This document shows, in pieces, positions 14,270-27,712 of a stretch of DNA of 64,000 bases. The stretch is taken from positions 5,632,752 to 5,696,751 of the forward strand of contig JAHRHZ010000145.1 of the NCBI GenBank assembly GCA_024137785.1, read 5' to 3'. Origin of the DNA: Ginglymostoma cirratum. Taxonomy: Eukaryota. The position numbers were made by a program, and so were the translations under genes. The notes beneath the pieces are model-generated. The model was not told where the DNA came from. It searched no databases and saw only the letters and a program-made list of their open reading frames with translations. Position 1 is the stretch's first letter, and every line of letters starts with the position of its first letter.

Positions 14270-14712
14270 GTAAGATTGCCACACTTGTTCATCATTGGAG
14301 AATATAGTACAGAATCAGATATTTAAACCCAAGATGATGGATAACAAGTTGCAGTGAGACAGTGACACACTGAAGTTGTTTGCTTTTTGTGATGTGTAAG
14401 AGTAGCATTCCTGGTTAAATCCTTTGCATCTGTCATTGGAAGCTTCAATTTAACAATAAAACGAGTTCAATTCATATTTAGATAGCACATTTCACAGCTG
14501 GTGGATGCCCCATAGTTCTTTTTTCCTGCCCCTGTAAGGTAGGCACTGTCCTGAGATAGGAAGCAGATCCAGTGGAAAGTTATCGCCCTCTAATGGCAGG
14601 AATTTTAAACTATTTTGCTAATTCCCTGCAGTCTTTATGTACCATTGGCTTTTCCTTTACAGAGCATAAAGCAAGGTGTAACACAGTGTTTTGTTTGACT
14701 GTTTCCAAACAG

Positions 14713-14841
14713 TACTGATTTGCGGTCCAATTATCTGCTGAACACAAAAATTTCTGGAGTAGAGGAGGCTGATGTCTTGCTCCTGGTTGGCACCAACCCA
14801 CGCTATGAAGCCCCACTTTTCAATGTTCGAGTCAGAAAAAG
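14713..14841 (+). CDS. NDUFS1: NDUFS1 exon 12
   Basis: cag|T...AG|gtcagt; 129 nt; [43 protein letters not shown]. Confidence 0.97.
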
Positions 14842-16818
14842 GTCAGTACGTGAATGATTGCGACTCTGGAAAAAAAAGATTGCATACCCTCGGTGCACAA
14901 GGCTTCTGTTCTTTGCTTGTTAATGTTTCCTTTTGCTCACTGACGTTGATGACACATTTGCTGACAAAACTGCAATAACAATTTGCATTTATATAACATG
15001 TTCGACATCACACATTATCTGAAGACCCTTCAAATGATAGTAGTCAAACAAAAATTGACCTTGGTTTACAAAAAGATTTACAGAAAAAGTAGGTGATCAG
15101 AGCTTGGTCAAATACATTGTGTTTTAAAGAGCTTATTAAAGGAGGAAAGAGGCAGGAAGTTGAAGAGTTTTAAGGAGGGAATTTCAGGCTACAGAACTAG
15201 CAGTTGAAGACACAAATGCTGTTGGTGGAATAACTAAATCAGGGATTGCAAAGGCCAGACATAGAAGGAGGCAGTGAACTTGCAGGTTTGTAAGCCTGGA
15301 GAGATCACACGTGCAAAGATCTTTATTAAAACCTGAAGCTCTGACCAAGCTTTTGGTTACCTGTCCTAACATTTTAAAGAACTTAGTGTTGGATTTTGAG
15401 AGAGAACACTCCTGTAAAGTGGCTTAGAGTTGAAAGGTGCTGATTAGATGCAGGTTTATGTATATATGACACCTTGGCTCTGATGGGAGTACATTTGGAA
15501 CAGAAGGGCTTAAGTTACATAACAGTGCTATTGGCCAACAGATTAGCAGGTCCTTGAACTTGTGCAAATTTGTTGGACCTTGTCTTATGTGTGTACATAA
15601 TTAGACCCAAATCAACTGTTTTTGCAATGCCGTTTGAGCATGGTTACTCTAGAATTTACTTGAGGCTGCACCCAAGGATACCATAAAAACAAAGTGCTTT
15701 TATCGTTGATGTGAACTGTGCTGTTCGATGCTGCACATTGAGAAAATTTGTGACATTGTTTGTATAATGTTATTTACTCTTGGAAATCCCATGGATATTC
15801 TGTACTGAGTTAGCAGCTTTGAGCAAGAGTGCATTGTTGCACTTCCATGTTCCTGGATGCCTGCTTCTTCTCACTACATTGTGTGGACATAATCAGACTC
15901 CACTATGACCTCTGGTTCTTTGGCAGCTCTTCCTCCTCCACGCACAGTAATAGAATATTTTGCAGACATTGGTTCTCAAATCCCACATGTGAGGAGCAGC
16001 GGCTTGGGGCACCTATGAAAGCATATTCCTACTCCAAAATGTTATCACCTTTTTGAGAGAGTTAGGAGGGAAGGGCAAATGAGCATCTTTGTTGTCAAGT
16101 TCAGCAGTTGCGGATTTGTTTGAAATTCCACTCAATGCCAAAATCAGTAAGGTCATAAAAATGAATGACAAGTCATAACCACAGAACAGGCCATTCAACT
16201 CAACCTATTTAACTTATTGATCACCCTCCGTGAAACTAAATAATTCGGACCGCACTTGCTCAGCATGCTCCTGAGATTGCTTTCCACACTTTTCCTTCAC
16301 TTGCATGTCTAATCCAGTATTTATCTGTGCAAAACATTTGCAAACTCCACTCCTCAAGCTTTCAGTCTGCAATTGTGCAGACTAGGGGATAGGCAGAGAG
16401 AGAACTAACATGCCCAGCAGTCAGCTATAGATAGGTATTGAGTGAAAAATGGATTGCAACTGTGGAGAAGTAGGGTAAAGTTAAAGTCATCATTGTTCCA
16501 AAGAACCATAGGGCTGCTGTCATCAGAGAACGATGAATGTCGGTCGTTTAGCCTGAGGGTCACCACATCAGAGACGAGGGACAAGGCTGAGAAGATGGGA
16601 CATTTGTGGTAATCTCAGCTAGTACTGGAAGTGAACCCGCACTGTCAAGCCAGCCGTCTAATCGACTGAAATATACATATTCTTTCACATGTTACTTAAC
16701 TGAGCATTTCCAGCAGTATCTGTTGCCATTCCTTAATTGAAGCCATTAAGGACTCAGTAATAGGTTGTGCTGCATAAAACCTGATTTTCCCCTTCCAAGT
16801 GTTTGTGCTTATTTACAG

Positions 16819-16948
16819 TTGGCTGCACAATGATCTCCAAGTGGCTTTAGTTGGGACCAACGTGGATTTGAGCTACAGCTACAATCACCTTGGAGACTCT
16901 CCACAAGTGTTACAAGAGATTGCTTCAGGAAAGCACCCTTTCAGCCAG
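16819..16948 (+). CDS. NDUFS1: NDUFS1 exon 13
   Basis: cag|T...CAG|gtacag; 130 nt; [43 protein letters not shown]. Confidence 0.97.
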
Positions 16949-18491
16949 GTACAGCCTATGGCTCCAGGTTATCCTGATTATGTGCCATGTAAATACATAC
17001 CATGTTATTATAATTAATCTCTCATTCGCATTTGATTTAATGTTGTTGATGAAGCAGCGGCTATATACTTGGTGCCACTGGCATGGAATTGACTTCCGCC
17101 AAAGCATAATAAAGGTTGACTCATTTGAAAATCTTGAATAAATTTGACTCAATCATCAGGGAATAGAGCAGTTTGCCCTTCGGACATGATAAAAGGACAG
17201 TTATAATATGGGGACTTCGATTGAGAAAGCTAATGTTCTATAACAATTCCATGTTTTCTTAGAACTGTGTTTTCTCCAATTCATAATGATTTCTGTAAGT
17301 AGATCTGATAACTTGCAAGAGTTATGAAACTCTGAGGATGATCAATGATCATTTCTTTGGAAGTATACATACAAGGTTTTACACGTATTTTGGTGAATAG
17401 TAAAACAGATTTTTTTCAAATAGCTGTACTACTTCACGTTAAAGAGGGAGCTGAGTGCAAAAGACTTGACAAAATGATGTCGGATGTAAACCTTCCTGAC
17501 ATGAAAAAGTCCTTAATGGGTTGAATTACCTTGAAGTGAAATTACTTTATGATTTTAAAAAAAGTAAGCTTCAGATTTCTTTACACATTTGTCAAACAAA
17601 GTTCTTAATTAGTCTTTGTGAAAAGGCAAGTTTGTTTTGTTTTGCATTCGTATCAGTACAGGTTCCCAGCTTGGAAAAGTTCATGATCTGTCTTTAACTG
17701 TTCAACCTGGTCAAATTGAGAGATGAGGCAAAAACTTGATGCGTTCAAAATTTGTAATGCAAAGCTATCTTAAACACTTCAAATATAGTCATGTAAATTC
17801 AGAGCTCTACAAAAATATACACCAATGGAATTTCCTTTTTTCAGTTGCTAAAAATTAACTCCGATCATAGACTCTTCGGATAATTCCATTTCACTTGCAC
17901 CCACCTTTAGAACCAATTCCTCTTCGGCAATTTAAAATTCATTTGATTAAACACTAAAACATCTCTTTGATTCTCTTAAGCAATGGTCACCTGAGCTTTG
18001 TTTTAAGCTATAAAAGCTAAATTCACTTTTGTGAAAATCTCTGTTTGTGCTTGCACAGGCATGTTAGTAGGGTGTGCTGTGTTTCTGTGAGTTGCTTGGG
18101 TCACTTAGACCCTGGTCTGTGAACTACTTGTAACAGCAATAACATAAACGCACAAACTTATTCAGTTTAGTGTCTGAGGAACAATTTAATTGACAGGGGA
18201 GGGGGGAAAAACCCAATAAATTGGTTGATTCAGTGTCCAGTTACCAGATTAGCATTTGAAATGTTTATTTTGATTAGAGAAATATCTCTATTTGCGATAA
18301 TCAATTTGAACAGTCAATCAACGTAATTGAGAAACATTCAGAGCAATAGTTTGTAACTGGTATGGTTACAGCTACTGGAGTTACTAGAAAATTGTAAAAT
18401 CGTCCCTAAATTGACTGCAAAGTGGTAAGACCAACTGGTACACTGACCTTGTATTTTTGTTTTTCCTATTCCACCCTCTTCCAAAATCCAG

Positions 18492-18652
18492 GTCCTGAGT
18501 AAAGCGAAGAAGCCCATGGTGGTGGTGGGCAGTTCAATTCTTCAGCGGAGTGACAGTGCAGCAATACATGCTGCTGTCAGCACCATTGCACAGAATGCCC
18601 GAGCAGGCAGTGAAGTTGGAGATGACTGGAAAGTTTTAAACGTCCTTCAGAG
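18492..18652 (+). CDS. NDUFS1: NDUFS1 exon 14
   Basis: cag|GTC...AG|gttgga; 161 nt; [54 protein letters not shown]. Confidence 0.96.
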
Positions 18653-19164
18653 GTTGGAAATGTGATCGATGAAGCAGTGAAAGCATTTTGTAACTTGGAT
18701 GTGGGCCTTGATGTTTTGGTGGAGTACTCCCTAAACTAAACCTCACAGGTTCCAGTTTCAGCACCACCTACTGCATATCTCTTCCCAGTTTTGAATTTAG
18801 TCAGATTACGGCACAGAACCTCACCCCTATCCACATTGTACACTGAAACAGTGTGAATTTTTGTAGCGCCTGTGACAGCCTCAGGAGATCCCAAAGCTCT
18901 CAGCAGCAAATTAAATTTTCTTCCTGCATGCCCGGAAATGTAATGGAGCAGGTTCACTTGAGGCATTCAAGAGGCCATGGATGATTTGGTTAGAAATAGT
19001 GTGCAAGGGTATGGTGAAAGGAAACTGGAGATTGGCACTAGATAATGATGCTCATTTGAAGAGCTAGTGCAGGCACGTTGAACCAAATAGTCTCCCATGA
19101 TGTAACAAGCTTGGGGCTGGATGAACACAGCAGGTCAAGCAGCATCATAGGAGCAGGAAAACTT

Positions 19165-19192
19165 GACGTTTCGGGCCTAAACCCTTCATCAG
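19165..19192 (-). ncRNA. Minimal type-I hammerhead ribozyme motif (Penelope-type)
   Basis: Minus strand reads CUGAUGA-A-GGG[UUUAGG]CCC-GAAA-C-GUC. Confidence 0.7.
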
Positions 19193-19214
19193 AAAATGAA
19201 GAAGGGTTTAGGCC

Positions 19215-19614
19215 NNNNNNNNNNNNNNNNNNNNNNNNNNNNNNNNNNNNNNNNNNNNNNNNNNNNNNNNNNNNNNNNNNNNNNNNNNNNNNNNNNNNNN
19301 NNNNNNNNNNNNNNNNNNNNNNNNNNNNNNNNNNNNNNNNNNNNNNNNNNNNNNNNNNNNNNNNNNNNNNNNNNNNNNNNNNNNNNNNNNNNNNNNNNNN
19401 NNNNNNNNNNNNNNNNNNNNNNNNNNNNNNNNNNNNNNNNNNNNNNNNNNNNNNNNNNNNNNNNNNNNNNNNNNNNNNNNNNNNNNNNNNNNNNNNNNNN
19501 NNNNNNNNNNNNNNNNNNNNNNNNNNNNNNNNNNNNNNNNNNNNNNNNNNNNNNNNNNNNNNNNNNNNNNNNNNNNNNNNNNNNNNNNNNNNNNNNNNNN
19601 NNNNNNNNNNNNNN
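19215..19614. other. Assembly gap (400 N)
   Basis: Run of n. Confidence 1.
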
Positions 19615-19649
19615 TATTTATTTCAGAACCCTCTTCCCCTCCCCCATTT

Positions 19650-19677
19650 CTGAAGAAGGGTTTAGGCCCGAAACGTC
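19650..19677 (+). ncRNA. Minimal type-I hammerhead ribozyme motif (Penelope-type)
   Basis: CUGAAGA-A-GGG[UUUAGG]CCC-GAAA-C-GUC; flanks AUUU/AAGU can form stem I; palindromic ACGU in place of stem III. Confidence 0.7.
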
Positions 19678-22067
19678 AAGTTTTCCTGCTCCTATGATGC
19701 TGCTTGACCTGCTGTGTTCATCCAGCCCCAAGCTTGTTATCTCGGATTCTCCAGCATCTGCAGTACCTTTTATCTCAGTCTCCCATGATGTAATAGCTCT
19801 TTGATTTTTTTTTTTCCCAAGTCTAGTCCCTGTTGTAGTGCAGGAAATGCAGCAGCCACTTGGCACACAAAAAGCTCCCACAAACAATAATGTGATAATG
19901 AGCAGATAATCTGCGTCAGGAATGTTGAGAATGAAAATATTAACAGGACACGAGGGTGAGTTCTCCTGTTCTTTCAAACTGTGCCTTGGGATCTTTTAAA
20001 CTGACTTTAGTGAGCGGACAGGACCTTGCTTTAACTTTACATTTGAAAAATGACACTTTCAATATGATGGTATTGCCTCAGCACTGGATTCGCAGCTTAC
20101 ATTTGATGCTCATGTTTCTGGAGTGGGGCTGTCTATTTCTCAGATGAGAGTGCCACACACAAAGTCTCAAATGTAATACAATATTGAGTCAGTGATTTAT
20201 GTTTTAGCACTATTTCAGTCATCTATTGATCTTAAAAGATTTTATGCTTGATCTTGGGAACTGCTGAGTTCCATAATACATCCCCACAAGCTACAGATCT
20301 CCAATGGCACTTTTGATGTCACGCAGTGTACAGTTTCAAGCAAAAATTGTTAAAATTTGGGACTCATGACAGTGGCAAGTGCATATAATGCTTGTGGAGG
20401 TATGAAGTATACGTGTGATTGTTCAACACCATAACGATTAGTGTGTGCAAATATCCCTTGCATCTCATAAACAGACTATATCACCACTGAAAGTATTCCA
20501 TTTTCTGAAATGAGACAGAATGATCTTCAGACAAAAGGAAACCAGTTTTTTGTTTGACTTTGGATATTCACAGATCATTCCAGCTATCTTTGGTGCTTTA
20601 TAGACTTTAATGCCTTGACAGCCCCTCCACACGTTGCACTTCACAACCAATGAAACCGCTTATGTGAATGCAGATTTATTCATTCAAATAAAGTTGGCAG
20701 GCTTTAATATCAGCTGACTACCAAGAAGGGATAAATTTAGAATACAGCTTAATATCTGAAGGAAGGCAGCTCCCATTCTCAACTGAAAATGTCAATTTTT
20801 TCCACAGATGCAGTCAAACCTGCTGAATTTCTCCAGCATTTTCTGTGTCTGTTTAAGGTTTCAACATCCATAGTGTTTTGCTTTTATCCTAGCAGTGAAG
20901 CACTCCCACAATACTGCACTGAACTGTCAACTTAAACAATGTGCGTGAGGCCACTCGACCCTCCAACTAACAAAGCTATGAGAATATAATCAAAAAAAAT
21001 AATGCCAATAATTTAGCTGTGTTCTCAAATAAACTCCATAGAATTTTCCAGCATAGAAATGGGCCATTCAGCCCAACTGGTGTGTGCTAGAAATCATCCT
21101 CCATACAAGACTCCTCCCATCTTACTTCACTTGTTACAAAACATTGTATTTCTTTCTTTCTCATGTCCTTATCTAGCTTTGTCCTTAAAAGCAGCAATGC
21201 TGTTCAGCTCAAATATTCCATGCTGTCATGAGTCCCAAATTTTAACAATTTTTTTTTTTTTTTTTTTTGTAGTCACGTTTGGATTTGGCATTGGTGTCAT
21301 CCTCCCAGCCCTTTAGTTGAATCGTTCTCATTCACTCAAGCAATTTTTAAGAATGATATTAGAGAAGAAGTACTTTGGATGTGAGGAGAGTCAAATTAAG
21401 TTAGGATGGTTCTCCTTTGCACAGTGAATGTTAATAGGATGTTTTTACAGAGATGATTAAAATTTTGAAGAGATTTGAGGTAAGGAGAAACTGTTTTTAC
21501 TGTCGGGACACATTTCATCTAGCAAGAAAAAACTGGGTGCTGGAAGTCAGAAACTAAAACAACTTGCTGGGAAAACTTAGCTGATTTGGCAGCACCTGTG
21601 GAGAGAAAGTAGAGTTAACCTTTTGAGCCCAGTGAACCTTATTCAGAATGTTGTTTTTGTTGTGTTTATTGCACAGATTTCATTTAATTGGCAAAAGAAC
21701 AAAAGGGTACATGAGATTTTCTTCCCATCAATGAATTAAGATTCAGAATTCATTGCCAAAGAAGGCTAATGAAAACAGGTTTAACAATAATTTTGGAATA
21801 GGAATTCCATATGTACTCAAAAGAATTTGTAGGAATGCAGCTGAATGAGTGAGGGGGTAATTTGATAATTCTTTCAAAAGGTCAGCACAATGAACTGCAT
21901 GGCCTTCTCCTGAAGGGTATGTTTGTATGAAATTAGAGATTTAAACTCAAAAACCTTCTTTTACTGAGGCAGCATGACAAGTTATGTTCTGATTTCTGGC
22001 CTGTGTTGTAATCAGTTTGTAGTTGTTTATTTGATGTGAAGTAACAAAGACACATGTGTTCATGCAG

Positions 22068-22222
22068 GGTAGCCAGCCAAGTAGCCGCTCTGGATTTGGG
22101 ATACAAAGCTGGTGTTGACTTTATCCGGAAAAACCCCCCCAAAGTACTATTCCTTCTTGGAGCAGACAGTGGCTGCATCACAAGACAGGACCTTCCAAAG
22201 GACTGCTTCATCATTTATCAGG
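22068..22222 (+). CDS. NDUFS1: NDUFS1 exon 15
   Basis: cag|G...G|gtaagt; 155 nt; [52 protein letters not shown]. Confidence 0.97.
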
Positions 22223-22759
22223 GTAAGTATCAGGTCAACTGTCTACATTATGCTGTTGAACCTCCTGATATAATGCGTGTATAGAGGCTGCTGACTCTCC
22301 ATTTAACTGTAAACAGTTCTTGACCGGGGCAGAGATTGAATCCTGTGTCTGAAGGAGTACTTTAGTCTACAATCTTTTGACTGAAAGTGCTCCTGTTGGA
22401 TAGTGGCCTCACAGTGCAGACCCACGGTTTTAAAAGCTAGTCATGATTGGAGACCTTCTTTGGGCATCTTGCCTCACAGGCAACGAGCAACATGTTTAGA
22501 AATATTGTAGAAGAAGAATAAATTACACCATTTTGAATTTGAGGTTAAATCCTATGAGGTAGAACACATGGAACTATCCTGTATTATGCAACCAGCTGCA
22601 AGATACCAGATCTGAAACTGCCTGTTGCTGACTGTGTTGCCAACTTTGTAATTGCTTTGTCTTGATGTCCCAGAACTTGACAAATGGAAAATTTTTTTAA
22701 AAATAAATTTGCACACTGTGGTGTCAAATGATCATTGACTTTCCGTGTTCTCCTTTTAG

Positions 22760-22935
22760 GACATCATGGAGACGTCGGAGCCCCCATGGCAGATGTTGTT
22801 CTGCCTGGAGCTGCTTACACAGAGAAGAAAGCAACATATGTCAACACAGAGGGCCGTGCCCAGCAGACCAGAGTGGCAGTAACGGCACCTGGCATGGCCA
22901 GGGAGGATTGGCAAATTATACGTGCACTTTCTGAG
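22760..22935 (+). CDS. NDUFS1: NDUFS1 exon 16
   Basis: tag|GA...GAG|gtatag; 176 nt; [58 protein letters not shown]. Confidence 0.97.
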
Positions 22936-24159
22936 GTATAGTAGAGCTTCCGTGAAATAGAAACAGTGACAGGAGGAGTCAATTCAGCCCTTGAGTCTGT
23001 TTTCTCATTTAATTAGTGAAATGGAGGCTGACCTCCAGCTGCTTTATTTGGTCACTTTTTTTTTTTTATCTTGCCTGGCTCCACTTGCTACCGTGGAGGA
23101 CCATGAAAATCCAACCTCCCAAAGATAAAGCAAGACATAAAGTTTCAAATGCAATTCCATGAGAAAGCATGGCAATTTGAGTAATTCAGAAATTTTCTCT
23201 TGGAGTATACAAAATGATGACTAAGCCTTCTTGTGTTCTCAAATGTTATTCCCTTTAGAAATTAAATATCCTCGTGTTTATAGTGATCCACATGCCGGGG
23301 ACAGAGCCTATCTAAGCATTTTTAAAATAATGATTTTTACACTGTTGCTGTTTAGCATCCATCAGCCTTTTCTCAAGTTGGTGATAGATGTCATGCTCTT
23401 CAGAGCACAGTTATGTAATCTAGAACAGTTCCTTAATCCAGCACTTTCTGGTCTGGCTCAGTTAAGCTCACATGAATCCCGAATAAAACACATTGTTGTC
23501 TCTGGTGAGCTTTAAATACTTGGATTGATAGAGTATCTTTCACAACTTCTGACATCCCAAAGGACTTTGCAGCTGATGAAGTAATATTGGGGTGTTGTGA
23601 TAGCGGAAATACGGCAGCCAGTTTATGCACGTGAAGATCTCACAAACAACAGTGATGTGATAATGATCAAATAGCCAGTTTTCTAATGTTGGCTTTGAGG
23701 TACTAGTAATGACAAGGACACCTGCAAAAAGTCCATCATGTTTTTGTTTGAAATAGTACAGTATCTTCTGTTTTAACATTCGTTAAGTGTGGATGCAGGG
23801 CCTTGATTTAACACCATATTGAGAAGAGAGTGGCTGTGAAGCTCCAGGGCAGTACCAAGGGAGTGTTGGCCAATCAGAGTAGATTTTGAGCTTAAATCTC
23901 TCAACTAGGGCTTAATCATCTGAGCCTTGGTTGAGTATCAGGATCGAGTCTACAGTTTATTTTCCTAAACTGTACGGTTCTGTACAACACTGTATAGTAT
24001 ACCTATTCTATAGAATTGGAAAGAAAATCTGCATGAAAGCTCTTAATTTGCTTTTTGAACACTTGAGTTCTTCATGTTTATCCAGACCAAATTTTCACCG
24101 GTTTACTTTGAATTGAAAAGTGCGGTCTGATGTGTTCCTAATCCTTTGTCTTTTTGCAG

Positions 24160-24294
24160 GTGGTTGGTGTGACACTTCCATATGATACTCTGGATGAGGT
24201 CCGTGACAGGCTGGCTGAGATATCGCCAAATCTGATCTGCTACAATGATGTCGAGGAGGCTAATTTTTTCAAACAGGCAAACGAGCTCGCAAAG
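24160..24294 (+). CDS. NDUFS1: NDUFS1 exon 17
   Basis: cag|GTG...AAG|gtcagc; 135 nt; [45 protein letters not shown]. Confidence 0.97.
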
Positions 24295-24755
24295 GTCAGC
24301 TTAATATCACTGTTTACACTCTGCTGTCTGAACCCCCTCTTTTTTCCAGTAACTTAATTATGTTGCATGCTATAATAATTGAAGCCTTATCGGACAAAAG
24401 CAGGAGATATTTGTGGATGTTTGGTGGGGAGGAGAAAAAAACTGCATTTTGGAAGTGGGTTTTAAAGGCCATCATTTTTCAAGGAACAGCAACCAGTTGA
24501 GGAATGAATGATGTTCAGTGACCAAATTTACAGGAACATTAAGCTTTTCATAAAGTTGTAGGTGACAGATGACTACAGAGTGTAAGGAGAGATTAGGTCA
24601 TGGTAATGTTAAATATTGGAGCAGAAAAGGAAATGATCAAGGGCATGAGAACTGAGGTGAATGCTTCGTGCTGTGTGTATTAATTTTAATTAATATTCTT
24701 CTGTTTGCTCAATTCCTTGAGGCAGCCTCTGAATAATTTCTGTGCTTTCTTACAG

Positions 24756-24828
24756 CTTGTGAATCAACAAGTCTTAACTGAGCCACTTGTTCCACCTCAA
24801 CTTACAATTAAAGATTTTTACATGACTG
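24756..24828 (+). CDS. NDUFS1: NDUFS1 exon 18
   Basis: cag|CTT...G|gtacgt; 73 nt; [24 protein letters not shown]. Confidence 0.96.
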
Positions 24829-26126
24829 GTACGTGTTAATTGAATATTCCATGGAATATTGCTTGGGTACTAGACCGGCTAATGCTTGCTTAAGGATAAA
24901 ATCTGGAGATTTTGTTCTATTAGCTAATGAGTTAAATGTGCTGTTGACTCATAGTAGCCATGTTCAAGGACATTTGGGCGCTTTGTATGCAATAGTTGGA
25001 TACCATTCTGTTTGAAAAGTCCAGATTTTGCAGTGGTAAAACTGTCAGCATCGCTGTCAATACTCCACGCAAACTAATGGCAAATTTTGGAGGTTGTGCA
25101 TGTGTAGAATAACACACAAATCCAGACATTTCTGCCAATAATTCATCAGAGGGTGTGCTGTTAACATATTCCCCACCCTCTATGCACCAGCCCCATCCTG
25201 TCTATAGGGTACAATCCCTGAACAACCAAGAATGTCCACTTTCATACTGTTGGTCTTCCTGCAAAAAAATTAGAAAAAGGTGCAACATGTTCAATGAGAT
25301 GTAATATGCTTTTTAATTATATATATTTATTTGAGAATTACGACAAAACATCTTCACTGGTCCTGAAAGGCTTGTTTTAATTTTGATCCAAATCGATCAT
25401 GATTTAGTTCACTATTTGAAAATCTAAAATAAAAATAACGTACTAGGTATTTTAGCTTCTGCTGCTACCCATGAGGCTCCTTCAGGGTCATTAGCTGTTT
25501 ATTGTGTTTGCTCATGTTGCTGCTCACAGATCTGGAGGTCCACCATGGGAAAGAGGAAGTTTGCATCACATAGTAGTCAGTCCTTGTTGGCCGTTTTGTT
25601 TTGAGGTCTGCAACTCATGCTGATCTTTCACTAATGACTGTGAAATATAGGCTATTTTGTAATATTGCTCAAGTTATGGTATTAATAAAATGCTTTTATT
25701 AAGTTTGAAGTGTGCACAAATAGTTCAGTCACATGTCTGATTCAGCTTGTATTATCTGTTCCCTTTTATGTCTATTAATGTCCCAAGACACACCATAATG
25801 CAATCGGAGAAAAATCAACAACTTGCTAAAGGACCGTGGATTCGAGGGATGGTGCAAATTTTGGTCAGAGATAGGTCTTAAAGCAGAAGAAGCAGGTGCA
25901 GGCATAACCGGGTTTTGGGAAGGAATTCCTGATAGTTGTCAGTATTGAGGTGAAGTAGTCCATATGGGTACAGAATTTCAGGAATTTTTTTAAAAACAAA
26001 TTCACAGGATTTGAGTGTTGATTGCTGGGCTAGCATTTATTGCCCAGACAGCAGTGAAGAGCAAACCACATTGCTGTGGATAGACTTCTGTATAGTCCAG
26101 AGCTGGTTCTCTCTCTTGCACGTTCT

Positions 26127-26130
<4 letters not shown>

Positions 26131-26163
<33 letters not shown>
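26131..26163 (+). repeat. (CT)n microsatellite
   Basis: About 16 CT units. Other simple repeats: (GTTT)n ~7878-7902, (TGC)n ~37600-37616, (GTGTT)n ~57743-57767, poly-C ~38639-38657 and ~63077-63102. Confidence 0.95.
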
Positions 26164-26167
<4 letters not shown>

Positions 26168-27170
26168 GCTCGCGTACTCTCTTCCTCCCTGCCCTTCTCT
26201 CTTTGATGGGACTTGAACATAAGTCAGTGCAGTATAGGAGAGGGACTGCAGAGTTTTGGAAGAGCTGATGTTTATGACAGGTGAAGGATGGGAGGATGGT
26301 CAGGAGTGCATTGGATTAATTGAGTCCAGGGTGATTGCAGCTTTCCATGCCACTGTGCATCCTAACAAAAGCAATATTTTCATTCATGTGGTACCTTATC
26401 AAATTCAGATATTTTCCAACGAGTACGAGGAAGAAATTTGCCATGAGTTCAAATGCCATGGTTAGATTATACAAACAGCAATGCGATAAACAATCGGTCG
26501 ATCTGCTTTTCCCATTGTTGATGAAGGAAGTAATGTTGAACAGAGCATCAAAGAGCACCCTTCAGTTCAAAAAATTCCTGAGAATCATTGGAACAATTAA
26601 TTTGGATGACTTTATCTCCAAGAAAATGACAGGGCCCTGGCCAGTGAGCCAAGATTAGAGGTGGCTAAGTCTTAACAGACCCTGAAAGCAACAAAGTACA
26701 TAATGAAACCAAAATGGGCCTCAGATTTCAATGTTATTTGCTTGTTTTCCTTTAATCTGCAAATAGACCTGAAGCTGCTGTAACTTAAAATTGGGATTTA
26801 GACACTAATAAGGCAGGAACACGAGGAATAGATGAATCTCCAAATTTCAAACTAGCCTATAAATCTAGGTGAATATAGACATATACTTTGTGGGTCAAAT
26901 TGTCATAGCTTGGGACCAAATTGTGCCAGAGACATGATTGTGTAAACATCTTACGTTCGCAATTACATAAAATCCTGTTGTGCAAATTGAAGCCATAAAG
27001 CTACCCCCTTCCATGTTAACCTAAAAATCAAGCAATGATGGTGTTTTCTTGTTGGATTGTTTTGTTCTGTGAAGAACTATGTTTAAAATATAATACTGGT
27101 TGTAGGGAATGGGTTCCACTGTATTTGTGTAACTGGTTTCAGCAAAAGCCTGGGATCACTCAATGTTTAA

Positions 27171-27296
<126 letters not shown>

Positions 27297-27706
27297 CTTA
27301 GACTGACAAAAAAGACCTCAAAAGCATTGGTGTTGTACTTCTCTAGCTGAATTCTGCATAAATATTTAAAAAGGACAAGCTGCTAAAGAAGACTGAGTTC
27401 ATGTCTGACTGTATACTCTGAGCATGATTCGTGAAGTTGTACGATGCTCAGTGTAGGGGGCTAAGTGCGTGACACACTCCACCCATTTACTAGCTACATG
27501 CCATCATTGCATAATAGCATCTGTTATGTTAAGTAGTATAAATTTCCACATGAAATTCAAAAGGTTTAATGTGATAATTGGGCTGTGTGATAAACTTCTT
27601 CTGATTATGCTGACTGTGTTCAAGACGCTTATTTTTGTGTGTTTTATTGCAACCTTCTCAAGGATGACAACAGTTCTTGTAACACTGCAGTCGGATTTTT
27701 ATGGGA

Positions 27707-27712
27707 AATAAA
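27707..27712 (+). terminator. Probable NDUFS1 polyadenylation signal (3' UTR about 430 nt)
   Basis: First AATAAA I find after the stop; GT-rich tgtgctgtttg lies about 30 nt downstream. Confidence 0.65.

Larger units (their letters stand above)
19106..19776. mobile_element. Young Penelope-like insertion with inverted pLTR arms and a 17-bp TSD, spanning the assembly gap
   Basis: agtctcccatgatgtaa at 19089-19105 and 19777-19793; left arm (~19103-19195) is a near-identical reverse complement of ~19647-19739. Confidence 0.9.

Noticed and set aside
19078-19977. Long ORFs of 191, 202 and 119 aa in the ORF track
   Set aside because: They run through 400 Ns or through Penelope pLTR sequence, and the same pseudo-peptides recur at other repeat copies
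23210-23330. Intronic C/D snoRNA starting at ATGATGA (23214)
   Set aside because: No suitably placed CTGA D box or terminal stem seen
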